Shown: piece by piece, positions 37,425 to 49,504 of the stretch
How positions within the stretch are numbered: position 1 is the stretch's first letter
How the letters are laid out: each line of letters starts with the position of its first letter
From: Tricharina praecox
Taxonomy: Eukaryota
NCBI RefSeq assembly: GCF_024521635.1
Contig: NW_026250403.1
Span: 806,001-870,000, forward strand
Length of the DNA stretch: 64,000 nucleotides
Reading direction: 5' to 3'
Notes under the pieces: model-generated
What the model was told of the DNA's origin: nothing
Database searches by the model: none
What the model saw: only the letters and a program-made list of their open reading frames with translations
Made by a program: the position numbers and the translations under genes

Positions 37425-39651
37425 CTAAAAGTAGCTGTCGCGGTTGACCGTATGAGCGCCGGGAGTGTTGCAGTGTGTGCCTGGGGTGTTGCAGGCGGAG
37501 TATCCGCCTCGCACAGCAGCACGGTTTGCGCTCTCGACGCTGGCGAGAGCTTTGATCGCCTGAGTGAAGTCGTGTGCATCTATCCAGGCCATTGGAGATG
37601 GTACTTATGAAGGAGGAGGAGAGGAGGGACATACCAGCAGCCTGCAGGAACCTGAGCTCAAAGTCTGACCAGCGGTCGGTATCAAAGCAAGAAGAGAACG
37701 AGAACTGTCTGATGTTGCGCATCCTAACCGACTTGGGACGAACGTATTGCAACCAGCCGGGTTGGCAGATCTGCTGGGTGACTATGGACAGTTAGATACG
37801 GGTGATTCTAGGAGGATGAAGGGGAGGGAGCGAGGGGACTCACTGAAGGCTGTCCACACTGTTACATCGTGCTCGCCATCCGCTTTCGCAGCGGCGAGAC
37901 GAATACAACCCGACTCGTTGTCCTTGAGCAGTCGCAGGGCATGGGTGTAACCGTTATCGTCGATTTTACTTTTGTCCTGTCAGTCCAGTTTTTTTTCCCT
38001 GATGGGGATGATCAGGCAACATACGCGCTAAACATCAAACTCTCTCCGTCGAGCCAATACTCCGTCTCCTTCGGGACCGGTGCTGACGGAGCATTGTACC
38101 TCAGCGAGAGGAATGCATGGTAGAACAGAGTCAGAGTCTCAAAGTCGGCGAAGTACAACACCGCCCAGACGAGATTGCGTCGCATCAGCTTTACGCCCGG
38201 ACCGTCGCGGGAGATGTCGAGCTTCGATGCGTTGATGGCGGTCTGAAAGCTGTAGCCATTGCGTCGGCCCGAGCTCCAGCTGGCGCCGTTACCGCCCTTT
38301 GTGCACACGACTTTGGCTTCTTCGCTGGCGTCGTTGCGGAACATCCTCAGCATTAGGCCGTTGTCGAATTCTCTGGTAGGGTGTTAGATGAAACATAATT
38401 GCTTTTCCGGGACGGTAGAAAAACATACACTCTGAAGATTTCATGCTCTTCGGGGGCCATGCTAAGGTTCTCCATCTGTGCAGCGTAACATTCCGATTGG
38501 CTGTTTAACGTCAGCATGGATTCCCATCAGATAACAACAACGACGACGACAACACGAGGCACATACTTTGGAGGCTCCGACAACGAGGTGGACCCTGGGC
38601 TCATTCCAAACACCTGGGACCACCAGTGATCACTGTTCGCCTTCGACGGGACCTGCGGATTAGCGACCCTCGTCTTCGGCCTCGAAATCGGCGGCGTCTG
38701 TGGCGGCGTCATGTGCCCTCTCGAGCCCAGGGTCGGTGCGGGAGTGATCGAGTAGCGTCTCGGCGCCATGGGAGGGGTGATTGGGGCGCCCAGAGGCGTG
38801 ATAGGCGAGATCGGGGAGACGGGCGTCATGGGACGTTCGTGGATGGTGGTCGGCATGTACCGGTAGGTATCGGCCGGGGGCTGGAACGGAGGCGATGGCA
38901 GGGGGGTGCTGTAGGGGCGGCGGGGAGGACTGTCGTATGGCTGGGATACCGAAGGCATGGGCGCCATGGTTGGTGGTTGGTACCGCGACTGGTACGCCTG
39001 CTCCTCGACTGTGCGGCGGTGGTGCTCCTCGGCCTCCCTCATTCTGGCTGCAACCTTCTGTTGCTGGATGGCCAGAAGACGGATCTGCTGCTGGAGACGG
39101 AGGACCTCTGCTCGCTGCTCGCTCTTCTTGCTGCGAGTGGGAGTAAACATGCTGCGCCGCAGTTAGCACCCACCATCCCGAAGCCCATATACATATATCA
39201 GGAATACATACTTCCTCAGCAGCCCCGCCAAGTTGAACAGGAAGGTCCTGTGAACATCCAGTCTCGCCTGCAACGACGAGCCCTCGATATTCCTGAACGA
39301 CGACAAGATCTCGTTCCACGACTTCCTGGCGCCCCTCGGCGAGGATCCACGGCGAGTCATGCTGCATCGGAGCACGATGCCATCTAGATCCTTCAGCGAC
39401 GACGAGCAGCTTCCCATTCCCAGGGCGATGTCGTCCAGCAGCTCCGGAGATAGTCGGCTGAACCTTGAATCCGAGAATTGCACATCCAGTTCCCGTAGGA
39501 GCGTCTTGATCTCGAAGAGGGTGCTGATAATGCCACGGACTTCCCGTGCGGCCTCGGGAAGCTCATCCACGAAGCGGTAAAGAGAGTCGGCCAGATGGCT
39601 AGCGATTGAGGCTAGGGTGATGGCCCCGAATGATACTGTGTGGTCCCCCAT
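37425..39651 (-). CDS. Uncharacterised protein, 7 exons: N-terminal helical domain resembling fungal HeLo-like/SesA domains, coiled coil, Pro-rich linker, and a C-terminal globular (PH-like?) region
   Basis: Six GT-AG introns with CTRAC-type branch points can be traced in phase, from MGDHTVSFGAITLASIASHLADSLYRF to ...VNRDSYF* (TAG at 37427-37425). Confidence 0.8.
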
Positions 39652-41725
39652 AGCGGAAGATGTATGAAATGCACCTGGTGTTCAAGTGGAGTGTGTGTGT
39701 TTACGGAATACTGAGGGGATCGTGATCGTAATCGTAGCAGTCGTAAGGGCGTATAACGGAAGATATTTTTTTCAGTTCATCAAGTTATCGAGAGCAATTG
39801 GAGAGTCGTAAGCGTTATATAGAAACAGACTAGAGAAACAAAAGTGCTATAAACTGTTTTATATCATGAAAGGCGGGTGCGTGTGCGTGTGCGGCGGGTG
39901 AGATACTATGAAGTCGGGAAGAGTGGACGACCGAAGGTGAGAGGGTAAAAGAAGAAGAGGGATGTAAATGAGCCACGGGCAGCAGCGAGTAATAATAAAC
40001 CGGCCGACGGAGCGCAGAGGGATCTAGGCAGGCAAGCAGGCAGGCAGGCAGGCAGGCAGGCAAGCAGGCGGACCCACGGAGGCTCTTCCAATGGAGAGAG
40101 GAGACGGAGACAGAAGAGGTGGGGATGTGACGTGGTCAAGCTCGAAAGGTATCAGCACACCGCATTAGCGGGCATATTGGCAACCCTTCAGTGATCACGA
40201 AATGAAAAGGAATCCGATAAACATCGTGCTGCGCATTACCAACGTGCGGGCTCTTCTGATATTTGCTGTAGGGTAGTGGTGGTGGGTGGTGGTGGTGGGT
40301 GGTGGTGGTGGTGGTGGTGGTGGCACTACTCACTCTCGGCTCAGCTCGTCTTTCTCCTCCCTCCTCCTCCTCCTCTTCCTCCTCATCACGACCCCTCCTC
40401 GTGGGACAGCTACTCTACACAGCAGCACCATAGCATAAGGAGATATCGATAGAGTACCTACGCCATAGGCCGTTGCAATTGTCCTCCTACTCCACTCCGG
40501 CAGACCCACGCTATGGCCCCGCTTCCATCCGCTCCTCCTCCTCCTCCTCCCCCGCACTTGCGCTTACCGTTATAGCAGCAGCAGCAATAGCAGCACTCGA
40601 GCAGGCGACTACTATCCTTACTTACTCACCACTCCGGCCTTGCGAATGCAATTGCAGCGACCAATGAACGAATTGGCCTTCCGGAGAGCGGGGAGGGGAG
40701 TGGCGATACAATTACAATACCGTAGAGCAGAGAACCGTGCGGTGCAGTTCAGTGCACACCACCCACGGTGCGGCGGGGGGTCTGGCTCTCTCTACGAACA
40801 CAATATTTTTCGCAGAGTCGGTCGGATGTGTTGTGATTCTGCAGTGCAGGGCGCTGCATGACAACCACCACCACCACGAACACCCCCCGAACACCCACCA
40901 CGAACACACAACAAAAGCTCACATCACACTCACGCCCACACACACACACACATCGAACCGGAACAGAAAAGAAAAGAAAAGAAAACAAGGGAACACCTCC
41001 ATCCATAGCATAGCGTTCGTCGCCAATCGTGAGCCGGGTACACGAGTAGTGTTAGTTAAGCAGATGCCCACGAAACTCCGTTCGGTACTGACCGCTTGTT
41101 GATAAGTAACCTGCGAGAAAGAAAGTGGCTCATCCATGCTCTAATGGCGTGGCGTGCAGGGGGACGTACATACAGACATACTCACATACAAACTTGCAAG
41201 CACCACCACGAGAAGTATGTAGCATATGTACCGCAAGCGCAGTGCTGTCGCTGCTTCATAGGGTCGACCCCTCTACTCTACTCCACTCCCACCACCACGA
41301 CCATCACCACCACCGCCGCAGACGTCGATACAGCTATCCCCGCCCGATGATGCAACTCAACTTGTCTTCCCCATCCATCCACCCCCATCCATCCACCCCC
41401 ATCCATCCATCCACTCCCATCCCCCTCCCCACCACCACCACCACCACCACCACCACCACCACCACCAGCGCAGCAAGCGATTAAGAACCGGACTGTAACG
41501 TTTGTGCTATCCGCTGGCCTCCCTCCTCCCTCCTCCTGGCCTCCTCCTGGTCTCCTGGCGGGACTTTTGCGGTCGAACGAGCGAGTGAGAGTTGCAGATC
41601 GATGTCGCACGGATAGCGGCATCTATCCGACGAACAACTAAGCGAACGTCATGTATGTAGGTATGAGAGTACTGTATTGTACAGCGTGCACTTTGGATCT
41701 GAGGGAAAAAACGCGATCCGGATCC

Positions 41726-41832
41726 TGATGGTGCTGATGCTGGTGATGCTGATACTGATGCTGGTGGTGGTGGTGATGCTTGTGATGCTGGTGATGCTGG
41801 TGATGGTGGTGGTGATGCTGCTGCTGGTGATG
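41726..41832. repeat. Compound (TGG/TGA/TGC)n trinucleotide repeat
   Basis: Seen directly. It reads as poly-His/Gln on the minus strand but has no supporting gene structure. Confidence 0.85.
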
Positions 41833-44800
41833 ACGGGCGTAAGTACATGAAGAAAAGTACATCGGTTGGGAAAGCTTTCGGCGCGCGATGGCGATGAAAG
41901 CCCCCCGTCCCCGTCCCACCCAGTACCCCATTGGCCGCCTGGTGGCCATACCTAGTATGCCTATAGACCGGACGAGAAAAAAGTATGTGGGGAGAACCCG
42001 AACCGGTTATCCCAACTTCCAAGCTCCAACGCCTCGACTAGAGCCCCCAGATTGAGATCCTCCGGTGATTGGCCCCTGCCATTCTGCGAAAGCCAGGATT
42101 GAACAAGCACGCCGATATTACTTGCATGCGCGATCTGCTTCTGGAACATTGCGGGGGTTAGAGTTGGGCTGGACACGGGATCATGGGACTTGGGACTTGG
42201 ATGGACCAGGCTGCGGATCTGGAGGGCCAAAAATGCGAGTGATACTGTGTGGTAGAACACATACAGACTGTAGACTCCAGAGTCAGCATCATGTAGGTAG
42301 AGTACAGAAGTGCACTCGAAAGCGGCGGAATGGCAATTGTCTCAGGTGGGATTGCCGTTTCGGTTTCAATTACGATTCCCGAGTCACGCCAAGTGCCCGT
42401 TGGTGTCTGGCTGGGCGATCCGACTGTGAACACTGAGGTTCGGACGGAGGCTGCAGCTCCAGAGTCGAGCAGCTGCAAGAACTAATCTAGGTAGTCGACC
42501 GTCTTGGGCCGGCGTCGGAGGAATGCAGAAGCTGCAGAACAGGTTTCTTGCTCTCTCTCCGGACTTACTCCACCGCTCACCTCGTCTGTTCTAGGTAGTG
42601 GACACTCGAAGATATCGCAGATGGTGTACTATAGTTTTGTAGTCCATTACTTCCCTTACCTTACCTACAAATTCAATTGCCAAATCACAGTAACGTGACG
42701 TTCGCCGGAACAAACACGGCGTTCACCCCGATGCCAAACCCGACTTTGGAAGTATTGGTACCGGTACTCGTGCAATCGCCTGTCCACAATCCACGAAACT
42801 ACGGTAGAAGCGTATTAAACCACTTGTGCAATCAATGTTGCTTCGATTCCCCTTGTATGTACTCCATCTAGGTAAATGGATAGTATAGACACCTCCATTC
42901 GCCCCATTCCTCTGTTCCTGAGGTTCGAACTTCGTCCTCGTCCTCGCACTCGGAGACTCGGAGTCGTTGCCGAGAATACCTAGCGTCGGCATGAGCGTGG
43001 GCATGAGTGTGGGCATGATCGTCGAAGCATATACGGTATCAAACGACGGGTACTCTGACGTTGAATGGAAGCGATGTTACCGTCGATAGTTTGAAAAGCG
43101 AGGAAGTTATGTTCGTATGTACTGTACTAGTACTGTACATACGAGGTGTGCGATCTCTCCCAGTCTCTGGGACGGAATATTAAACTTCCGGAAGAAACGA
43201 CTGCCACTTCCATTGTTGATTATGTTGACTTATTTACGCATTAGCAAAAACCCAACCAGCCATAGTTACGGTAAGTAGACCATTGGGTCGGATTATGTAC
43301 CTTTCGTCCTGTGGACCGTGGTGGCCAGCCTACTGTAAGCCTGCCGCGCATAACTTACACCAATATAGCAGGCACGGCCATCGATGTACAGTACATAACC
43401 AACCACCAGCCTTCACCGGCAGCGTGGGGGGTGTCGAGAGATGTACCGTGCTCGGCATCGGAATGCGTAGAATCACAAAGCTTTTGCCATCATCATCATC
43501 ATCATCGTGGAACTCGGATCGGATCTTTCGGTGGAACCGTGGAAGGAGAGGTCTTCCGTCTCCAGAGCTGAACTTGGAATGCATGTCCGTGGGACTTCAG
43601 AAGTCACAAGTGGGTGGATACACATGTGGCGGGTGTGGTGGATGTGAAAGACGAATGCTATCATGTGCTGATACTGGTATGGTGGGGGGCGCATGGGGTG
43701 TGCTGTGAAGTCTGGACGTCGTGAGGATGGAACTTCAGCCTTGAGGGTCACGATATATCTACAAAGCACCCTTGTTCAACCGTCAACGACCGACACTTTG
43801 TACCGTATGTAGTACCACTATCTACTATACTCGAATAGTAGAGATTTGTGGCATGTCGGGTCACTTCTGAAGAGCAATCCTTCGTATGTATGTCCACATC
43901 CGTTCGCCCCTTCAAGAAAAGGAAGAAAAACAAAGAAAAAACAACAACGGGAAAACCTTCGCGAAATGCGGCTCGCCGCTCGCCAGCCACCACTTCCGAA
44001 CCAAATCCCCTGATCCGTACTGCATTGTACAAACCGTACAAAAACCGGGACTCCATCGTCGTGCCTTCGGCGGTGTCGGAACTTAGAAGGGACCGAATAG
44101 TGAAAGGAGGTTCGATACTGTCGGGACAGTACATACCAGTATTGTTCGCAGGTATACGGTATACATACAGTGCCCAAGTACCACAGGTACCTATCCCTAT
44201 GGCATAGCGTAGATTCTTTCCCGGGACTCATCCAGCCGGAGGTATGTAGATACACAACATAGGTAGCATAGATAGAGTACCGTAGAGCAGAGTACCTATT
44301 CAGAGCTTAGTTAGAGCACCTACCTACTCTAACCCCGCGGAAGAACAACAGACATCTTCCAGAATCCGTCAAACTTCCCCCGGAATCCCATCCGCCCGAC
44401 AACCCAATCAAACGAAAGTGAAAAGGGTAAACCCAAAAAGAAAGAAGAAGAAGAAAAAAAAAACACTCCAGAGTCCACGGTTACAGTGTACGGAGGAGCT
44501 ATTTAAAGAAGCGAACGAGCCGTCGACCGTCGTTACATAGACTCGTTTACTCGTTTACTCGTATCGACCCAGCATGTCGAGTTCATACGGAGCAGCTCGG
44601 GTTTGGAAAGAAAACGTGTACATATGACCCCTTCCACTTTCGTCTCAGGTTGATTGCCCAGATCGAGTCCAACCGTTACAGCCTGGTCTACAGGGGTGCG
44701 CCCTAGCTACTCTAGATACCGTGGCGCTGACTGGTGTGGGGAGGGGGGTGGAGAGCGTGCGGTGGGTGTGTGCAACAGCAACGGGAACGCGTCTGACTGG

Positions 44801-45220
44801 GCCAACAAACAAATCACGGTGCTAGGAGACGCGATGGACTACAAACACGTCGCGGGTACGCAACCTCCCCCCCCCTTCGTGGGGATAAGGCATGGATGTA
44901 GGCGAGGAACGCTTCGATTCTTAGCAATGGCCCCCCATTTTGACCCAACCAGACAAACATCCACCCCCAATCCAAGCAACCTGAAACCAGTACACAGTGA
45001 CAGTAGAAAAAGAACCGCGATATCCATGGCGAAAAAAGGTAGCAGAAACATAGGAGAAGGAAATTAGAATACAGGACGTGATCATCGGTACAAGTTATGT
45101 TCTACCACGTCATTCGGATGCTAAAGGATAGGTCGTACATCTCCAGACAGGTAAAGCCAACCACCAAACACGAGTGACCGACCGACCGACAATCATGAAA
45201 GCAGAAAAAACTTGCAATCC

Positions 45221-45878
45221 TTACTCCTCTTCCTCGTCCTCGTCGCCAGCAGCCTGCGAATGGGGATTGGTGTTATTCTCCATTCTCACAACACCAGACT
45301 CGGCGACTCTGCACTTACCACGTAAGCGGCCTTCTCGTCCTCGTAGCGCTTCTTGTCGGCGGCAGCCTTGGCCTCGTAGGGACCACGCTGCTTCTCAGAG
45401 AGAGCCTTCCAGCGCTCACCGAGGACTTTGCCAACCTGTCCTATTCGTGGCGACGGTGATTAGCGGTTGTACAAAGACGGATGCATAGGCACGTGCGCGA
45501 CTGTGTCCGGCGCGCAGGGGAGGGAGGCGAAGTAACTTACCGAACGCGATACCGGGGTTCTCGTTCCTGACGTTGTCGCGCTGCTCGTTCGCGAAGAACA
45601 TGTAGGCGGAGAGACCACGCTTGGGGGCGTTGGGGTCTATCGAAAGGCGATCAATCAGCAAGCGTGTCCAACAAACGTGTCGCAATTGACGGAGCGCGGT
45701 GGCCAATCAATCAATCGGACAAGCGACGCGGTATGACGCATTGCGCTATGATGAAAGATGTTGTCACGGCGGACGAACACCGGGGATGATTGGCAGGCGA
45801 CAGGAAAGGGATGAAGCACATACCCTTCTTCTTCTTGGTTCCCTTGGCGGGCTTGCGGGCTCTCTCAGACTTGGGCAT
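45221..45878 (-). CDS. NHP6: Non-histone chromosomal HMG-box protein 6, 101 aa, 4 exons (45878-45824, 45636-45541, 45440-45319, 45253-45221)
   Basis: Spliced product includes [76 protein letters not shown]. Confidence 0.97.
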
Positions 45879-46729
45879 CTTGAAGGTAGATGCTTGTTTG
45901 TTGTTTGTTTGTTATTGGGGGGACGCGTGTGGTGGTCGAGTTGATTGGTTCTGCGAGATGGGTGGTGAGCAAGAGGGAAGACGGAGGTTGTTGTGGAGGA
46001 TGAAGTGGACAAGAGAGAGAGAGAGGAGTGGTGGTGGTGGAGTGTAGTGGGTAGTGTGTGGTGGGTAGTGGGTAGCAGAACGGGTAGTGTGAGAAAGTGG
46101 TGACGCGGGAAAATGAAAATGATCGGGAATGTACGAATGAGGAAATAAGGGCTCGCGGACGAAACGAAGTTTGCGGGGATTTTTTTTAGGAGGGGGAGGC
46201 AAACAATTCGAAGAAAGAGAAGAAAACGGAGAGAGATTGCACGCCAGAGCGAAGGGGAATTGTACTGTGGAAGTTTGGATGGCGTAGATGAAGAGCCAGA
46301 TGGCGGGGGAGGGTGAGATGGTGATGACGATGCGGATGGGATAGAGAGTTTGTATGGATACACGGGAATTGGGTGTTTGGGGGGGTGGGGCGACAAGCAA
46401 CGGCAGCGGCAGCAACGAGCGCAATGGGGGTAGTAGTGCGGCTCGAGCGTAGAGTGCGTTGCGTACGGATAGAGAAGTCGAGGCGTCGGCCAAAGCGAGC
46501 ACGACGGGAATGTGAAGGGGGACGAATGGGAACGGCAAAAATGAATCTCAACGCAACGGAGAGGAAAGACAAACCTGAGGATGCGACGGCGAGTATCAGA
46601 GAACGAGAGCTGGCGGGAGAAGAGAGAGTTCTGTACTTTTTGGAAACTGGGTTCGGGCGCAAGCAAAGTCAGTGGGCGGGCGTTTTATCTTATCGCGACA
46701 AAGAAACTCACAGCAAGCAGAAGGGGGAG

Positions 46730-47581
46730 TGTTTTGGTGGTGGTAGGTAGGAGTGCGGTGGGCAGTGGGCAGTTGGAGGATGTGGGTGAGGGCAGTAGCA
46801 GCGGTAGTAGTAGTAGTAGGGAGAGAGACTTACGGCGGAGGGAGTTGTGTGGGAGGGAGGAGTTTATGCCGTGTGGTGGGTTTGGGTTTGGATGGTGGTA
46901 GCGGTGGTGGTGGTGGTAGCGGTGGTGGTGGTGGTAGTGGTGGGTGGTGGTGGTGGGCAGCAGCAGCAGCGCAGCGTATGTAGCGGTGGGTGGGCGGTGG
47001 GTGGGCGGTGGGCGGTGGGCGCAGGCAACGGTAGGCAGGTAACAGGTAGGTAAGAGTAGGTACTCTAGTAAGGGCGAGCGACGAGGCAGGCAGGCAGTAG
47101 TGAGCTGCGCTGCTTGGGTCTGGTCCGGCTGGCTGGCTGGCTGGCTGGCTGGCTTACTTGGTTGCTTGCTTGGTTGCTGGCTTGCTTTGGCTGGCCGGCT
47201 GGGTGTGATGGGCCATGGCCACACACTCGCGACTCTACCTCCCTCCCTCCCCTTCCCCCCCTTAGCCTGCTTGTGCTTTGCTCGCCCATCCACCCACGCA
47301 TCCCCCATCCCTCCCTCTGCCTGCCCCTTCCCCTACCTCCTACTTTCCTTTCCCCCCTCTCCCGGCCAAAAACGAAGCAGTAGTAGTAGCAGCAGTAGCA
47401 GCAGCACCAGAAGCACCAGAAGCACCAGAAGCACCAGAAGCACCAGAAGCACCGCAGCAGCACCAGCAGCAGTTCGCTCGCTCGGTCGTCGCTCGGGTCG
47501 GTCGGTGCAAAGGACTCTTCGTGCTGCTATGCCTGCCTGAAAAAGGGTGACGGGCTCCAATCAGCCGCCAGTGCCTGCCTA

Positions 47582-47620
<39 letters not shown>

Positions 47621-48810
47621 ATGTACCGGCCAGCCCATGGCCCACCACAGCAAACCGAGGGCACATAGAGAGAGAGCGAGACACACACAGGGGACATTTG
47701 CCCCCGTATTATTTGTGTACGTAAGCAGCGGCTGCGACTGGGCTGCACTGCACTTGGGGCATGTGTGCATACAGGAATGCCGCCGCAGCGAAGAAAGGAG
47801 GGAGGGAGGATGGCAGATGGCTGGAAGGATGGATGCGTGGATGCTGGATGGATGGACCGGAAGTCCCTCAGAGGCAAACATGAATTGCAAACACTGCCCT
47901 TCCTCCCCCTCCTGCTCCTGCTCCTCTCGCCTTCCCTTCCCTTCCCTCCTGTGCCCCTACCTGCCATGCCAGCAGCTGAATACCGTACCTAACCTACATA
48001 CCTCCTACCGAAACACATACGTGAATCCCTCCCTGCCTCCCTCACGCGCCTGTCCTACTTCAACCATCCATCCATCCACCCATCTTTCGCACACACGCAC
48101 ACACCACGCACCGTAAAGTACTCAGCTCCGCATACTTCCTATCACGGCTAAGCACAAGCACGACCTGTCCTGTCCTCCTGTCCTCCTCGAACGAGTACTC
48201 CATGTACTGTACCAGTACTCTGCCTACCTAGTCCGCAACAACTGCAAGTACGCGGTTAAGTAAGCCGAGTCAGGCCACATCCAGCTAGAGTGCCGAGGCC
48301 CCACAATGCCCAGTGCAATTTGGCCGTGCAGTGTGTTTCCAGTTCCCTCCCCCCCTCGCACCGCAGCAAAGCGAAGCAGCAGCAGCGAGAGCGAGCAGCA
48401 GCAGCAGGAGCAGCAAGCAAGCAGCAGGAGCAAGCAACAAGCAAGCAAGCAGAGCGAGCAGGTTTTTTATTAGCCTGCCTGCCTGTCTGGCTGAGAGAGA
48501 GGGAAGACGTGCATTTGGCATTCCCACCACCACCACCACCACCACCACCACCTACCGCCGCCGCTCGCCGCCCCATCGAGAGAGAAAGATAGAGAAGACG
48601 GTGGGCGCTCCATCGAGGGAGAGAGAGGCATCCCCGGAACACCCACTGCCGCGAGCGCTCTGCAGCCACAACCATACATACAACCTTACAACCCCAACCA
48701 AACCCAACCCACACAACCTTACACCCATACATACAACCCTGGGTACAACCTTACAACCCTTAGCATAGCATACCGTAGCATACAACCATACAACCATACA
48801 TACAGCCGTA
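46730..48810. repeat. Microsatellite-dense intergenic block: (GGT)n, (GGCT)n, (GCACCAGAA)5 at 47404-47448, (GCCT)n at 47573-47619, (CCA)n and degenerate CATACAAC repeats
   Basis: Seen directly, between the divergent NHP6 and 49505 genes. Confidence 0.85.
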
Positions 48811-49504
48811 GGTAGCAAGGGACTCCAAATACCGGTTCTCGCCGTATATTTGGGCACTAGGAAGAAGTTCCGGCCGCACGCTCTGCGTGTCTGCGTGCCT
48901 GTCTGCGTGCCCACCTGCTGTTCTGATGCGCGTTTGTGTTTGCACCGGTCGGTATCGACAGTGACAGAACTATATAAAACGGTCACGGTCACGGAACAAC
49001 ATGAGAACAAGCGGAAGAAGGAAAGAAAACAGAAGAAGAAGAAGGATTAGACGACCAAGAAAAAGGATTGTCGCCCACGAAACGAGACAGGACCAGACAA
49101 AGGAACAAGTCATAGAGGGCATGTATGATATATCCATACCTCACCTCGCGTACCTACTTGCTTTGGCTTCGTATCATACAAATTGAAGTACCTACCGTAC
49201 ACTACATAAGAAGTAGCAATTTGCAAATTGTGTGCCCGCGCATAACAGAAAGCATATCTAAGGAAAGAAGTAAAAAAAAAATCCAAAAAAAAGAAGGTGG
49301 CTGGTACACAACACACGACCTGCAGTTCCTCGAGAGAAAAAAGTCAAGTCCGAGGGAACGGAAGGGGGAAAAAAAGATCGAAGAAAGAACGGCAAAGAAG
49401 AACTCTCACAAGGCAGCGGTAACTGCCGTTTGATCGCTTTTGGCTGCAAAGGAAGAAAGGGAGGATTATTGGGGAATACATACATGTTCCAGCGATGAGC
49501 AGCT

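Noticed and set aside
38447-38467. TTAGCATGGCCCC on the minus strand resembling U6 snRNA
   Set aside because: It lies inside a coding exon, and the ACAGAGA box and the rest of U6 are absent.
41638-41949. Poly-His/Gln ORF as a metal-binding peptide
   Set aside because: It is the product of a trinucleotide microsatellite. The flanks are not protein-like and there is no supporting gene structure.
45764-48800. ORFs up to 300 aa upstream of NHP6
   Set aside because: They are generated by purine/pyrimidine-skewed SSR sequence typical of UTR and promoter DNA.
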